From Klebsormidium nitens (taxonomy: Eukaryota; Plantae; Klebsormidiophyceae), in the NCBI GenBank assembly GCA_000708835.1, contig DF236961.1, positions 62,001 through 126,000 of the forward strand: a DNA stretch of 64,000 nucleotides, read 5' to 3'. Shown piece by piece: positions 61,001 through 64,000 of the stretch. Below the pieces are notes generated by a model, which did no database searches, was not told the DNA's origin, and worked only from the letters and a program-made list of their open reading frames with translations. The stretch's first letter is position 1. Each line of letters starts with the position of its first letter. Made by a program: the position numbers and the translations under genes.

Positions 61001-63424
61001 AATCGCCTTCCCCCAACATAGATGCGCCCTGTGATTCATACAAACTCTTCGCTGCAGAAATTTTGAACGAGGCATTTAACGACTGGGCAGCGCACCCTGA
61101 CGTCGACCTCGCCCCGAAACACGTGGCCGCTGACATCAGCAGATGGAACGACCTGATTTACGACACTGTAAATAACGGCGTGTACAAGTGCGGGTTTGCC
61201 ACCAGCCAAGTGAGTTAGGCTCTAAGCTTTGAAGTAACATTATGAACAACAGAGGCCGAAGTCTTGACTTGTTCCATTCGGATTTTATGTCGCCGGAAAT
61301 AAATAGCAATGTGCAATCGCAGCGACTTTCCAAACGATATTTGAACCACAGTCTGTCATCATTAGGAGGCTTGTGTAGACGAAACAAGGAAATTACCGGG
61401 AAGAAAGCTTGAAGTGGCGAAAAGGTTTTCAGGAGATGTCTCACTGAAGACTGCAAGCAACCTTTTCCCCCGTTAGAGTATGATACGGTGCTGGTGCCCC
61501 GGAAACCCGTTTGCGAAAGAAGCGACTCGAAGCAGTTGTCCTGCAACGGTTTATGTGTTTCCTGTTGCAATCCCGTATGTCGAGACCACTTGCGTCCGTT
61601 CTTATCCTTATGCGGTACAGCAAAGTGTGCATTGACCGGCGCGGAGTATCAGGAGCCTGCTTCTGTCAGGCCCCCTCAAGAGTTTTGAGGGCGGGCCAAG
61701 AACCCGGCACACTGGAGGCAAAGGTGGTATGAGGAACTCCTGGGGCCTGCTAGATCCCACAATGTTGAGATCGTTCCCGTTGAGCCGGGCTCTCAAATTC
61801 ACGGCCCGCTGGTCTGCTCTGCAGGGAGCATATGACATCGCGGTCGCTGCCCTTTTCGACACTCTAGACGCCATAGACGCCCATCTCCAGAGGAGGTATG
61901 TTTGATAGGCCTTCCCGCAAAAACATCCTGGAAGAGTGACACGTGTCACTTCATCGCACGTTCTGGACAGAACCGTTCCCACTCGCTTCTTGCATCCGTA
62001 GGTGCTCTCGACGAGGACTAAGTGCAGCGGTTTCTCAATTGTGAGTCCCTTTCAAGAGGAAGATTGGCAGCCTTTTCGCATGCTTGTTTGCAAGTTTTGG
62101 GAAAGAGACAGGCATGCTCTTTTGATGCGATTCCGTCGGGATAAAAGCGGATAATGAAGAGCAGCCTTTGATCTCTCTGCCCGCCCATCGGTCGATGCAG
62201 TCGTTACTTGTGTGGGGACCAGCTGACGCTTGCTGACGTCCGGCTCTTCACCACCATCCTGCGGTTCGATCCTGTATATTACGGTAAGCTTCATGGCTTC
62301 CGTGGGTTTAAGCGGGTGGTATTGCGGATCTTCTGTGACAAACCGTACGGCGTTTCTTCAGGGGCAGGTGTCAGTCTTTGTTTTCGAGAAGGGAGAGAGA
62401 TCAGGGCCCAAGCGCTTCGTCGCTAATCGATTGCAAGCAAGGTTCGGTGGAGTAATAACAGTCTACTTTCCGTATAACTTTCTTCTCTCCAGCTCTGGAT
62501 TGTTTCCGGTGTTCTTGCTCCTGAGACAAAAGCTCTCGTGGCGGTCACATGTTGTCGCGTTTAAATGTCATTTGATGGGTGCTAGATTGTGGAAATCTTT
62601 GCACGGTGTCAGGACGACTTTTAGGTTCCGAAGTAGTCAAGGGGGCTCGCCCTCAAATCTGTGTTTCACGACCCTCAAATGCGCGTTTCACGACAGTCAT
62701 CCTGTTCCATTTTCGAGCAACTTGTCAACAGTGCTTTACTTTTTCCGACATATTAATATCTTTCCTGCCGCCTTCCAGTGACCCATGCTTTGCGTTTTGC
62801 AGTACATTTCAAGTGCTCGCGCCAGCGGATATCAGAGTACAAGTACCTGTACCCCTACTTGCGGGACATGTACCAGGTAAAGTTGCCTTCCTCGTCAGTC
62901 TTGTTTCTGCAGACGCGCGGTTTGCAGAAGCTGGCGCGGACTTCGTTCTTTGAACGCTGTAAGCTGTTTATGTATCGGATCAAGACACTCCTTCGCTGTA
63001 GCCTGTGCTAAGAGCATACCCTGTGCACAGCATACATTGCGACAGAGGGGATGCACGGCCGTTCCGTTTGTCGGTCAAACTTGCCGCTCGGTCCTTGCAA
63101 GATTCTATCTGTGGGGCTCGTGGCAACGCAATCGAGCTCGACCGAATGCTCTCACTAACGGAACACCCCAAAATTGAAACCAACAGAACGATCTCACAGG
63201 CCATTTTCTGCCCTCTAAGCATTCCCCTATCTATTTTGCAGCATCCGGGAGTTGCGGCGACTTGCGACCTAGATTCTATTTGCCGACAGTACTACTACTC
63301 ACTCTTTCCGCTGAACCCCGGGGGGCTCGTTCCGGTGGTGCCACGTGGCTCAGATCCGGTCGGTCTCCTTCAGCCCCACTCCCGCGGGAAGCTCTTATCT
63401 TCCCCAGTCTTACAGAGTGCTTAG
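58091..63424 (+). CDS. Glutathionyl-hydroquinone reductase (GHR; GST Xi/ECM4/YqjG family), probably plastid-targeted
   Basis: Exons 58091-58630, 58989-59065, 59433-59520, 59930-60102, 60524-60600, 61058-61209, 61825-61895, 62201-62283, 62803-62876 and 63242-63424. Motifs: [72 protein letters not shown]. Confidence 0.95.
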
Positions 63425-64000
63425 GCATCCGGCTGGATGACAATTGGAAGAGGGCTATTAGCGACTTGGCGTATGCACGTATTTCGCTGTCTTGAGTACT
63501 CCTAATGAAGGGAGTACTTATAGCCTTCGAACGAAGTTCACATGTCCATCGCTAGGGTGAGAATCCTACCATGGCAATTGCAAGATGTGCCTTTGGCTTG
63601 CGGCGGCGCCGTCTCATCAACACGTCTCGCTCGCGCATGAACTTACGTACATGCTTATCAAGATACCTAAGTCATTAAGGCCACCGTTCGAATATCCGTG
63701 CCGACGGCAGGTCGTGCGATTTGTGCCACCATGCTCTGCACACATCAAGGCGGGTGGCGTGCGCCTGCATGGTCAGACGAATGTCTTTGCAGAGCGGTCA
63801 AGCCAGGCTGGGCGCGGGGGCGGAGCCGCGAGGTACTTCTACAACGCTATGTCATAGTACAGTATTAATTGATCTTGCATGATCGTTGAGCAACCGGTAC
63901 AGCCCCTTTGACCAGATTGAAAAATGCTGGCGAACTATGCAAAGTAGAGCCGGGACTCCGAGGAACGACCTGCAGATGGACGGCCTGCAACAACTCAGCA

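Noticed and set aside
63700-63850. Possible last exon of a minus-strand gene beyond the right edge (KYLAAPPPRPAWLDRSAKTFV*)
   Set aside because: Too short and unrecognisable to support without downstream sequence.

Overview
Intron-rich eukaryotic nuclear DNA. Plant-type TOM6, a class II TPS, a plastid-type NEET and a plant-style globin point to a streptophyte alga, probably Klebsormidium-like (inference). I rebuilt 13 protein-coding genes by hand from splice signals and reading phase: PGAP2IP/CWH43-like (-), class II trehalose-6-P synthase/phosphatase (+), SIRT5-type sirtuin (-), AE7/CIA2 (+), endonuclease III/NTH1 (-), NOT3 (+), TPR protein (-), TOM6 (+, 53 aa, absent from the ORF track), DNAJC9-like (-), RBM22 (+), NEET (+), an extended 3/3 globin (-) and a glutathionyl-hydroquinone reductase (+). 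There is also a candidate orphan gene near 23.3-24.4 kb. No rRNA, tRNA or CRISPR was found. The main unexplained pattern is 'echo' splice sites: duplicated acceptor-plus-exon-start sequences lying 81, 96 and 171 nt upstream of real acceptors in three unrelated genes. All three offsets are in frame, and one copy has diverged almost only synonymously. Other highlights are a U12 AT-AC intron, up to three GC-AG introns, an in-frame uORF on TPS, a 204-bp MITE-like element with a GTAC-dense cluster in a bidirectional promoter, a TyrB10/HisE7 globin, and head-to-head pairing of 12 of the 13 genes. All models are manual and no database searches were run.
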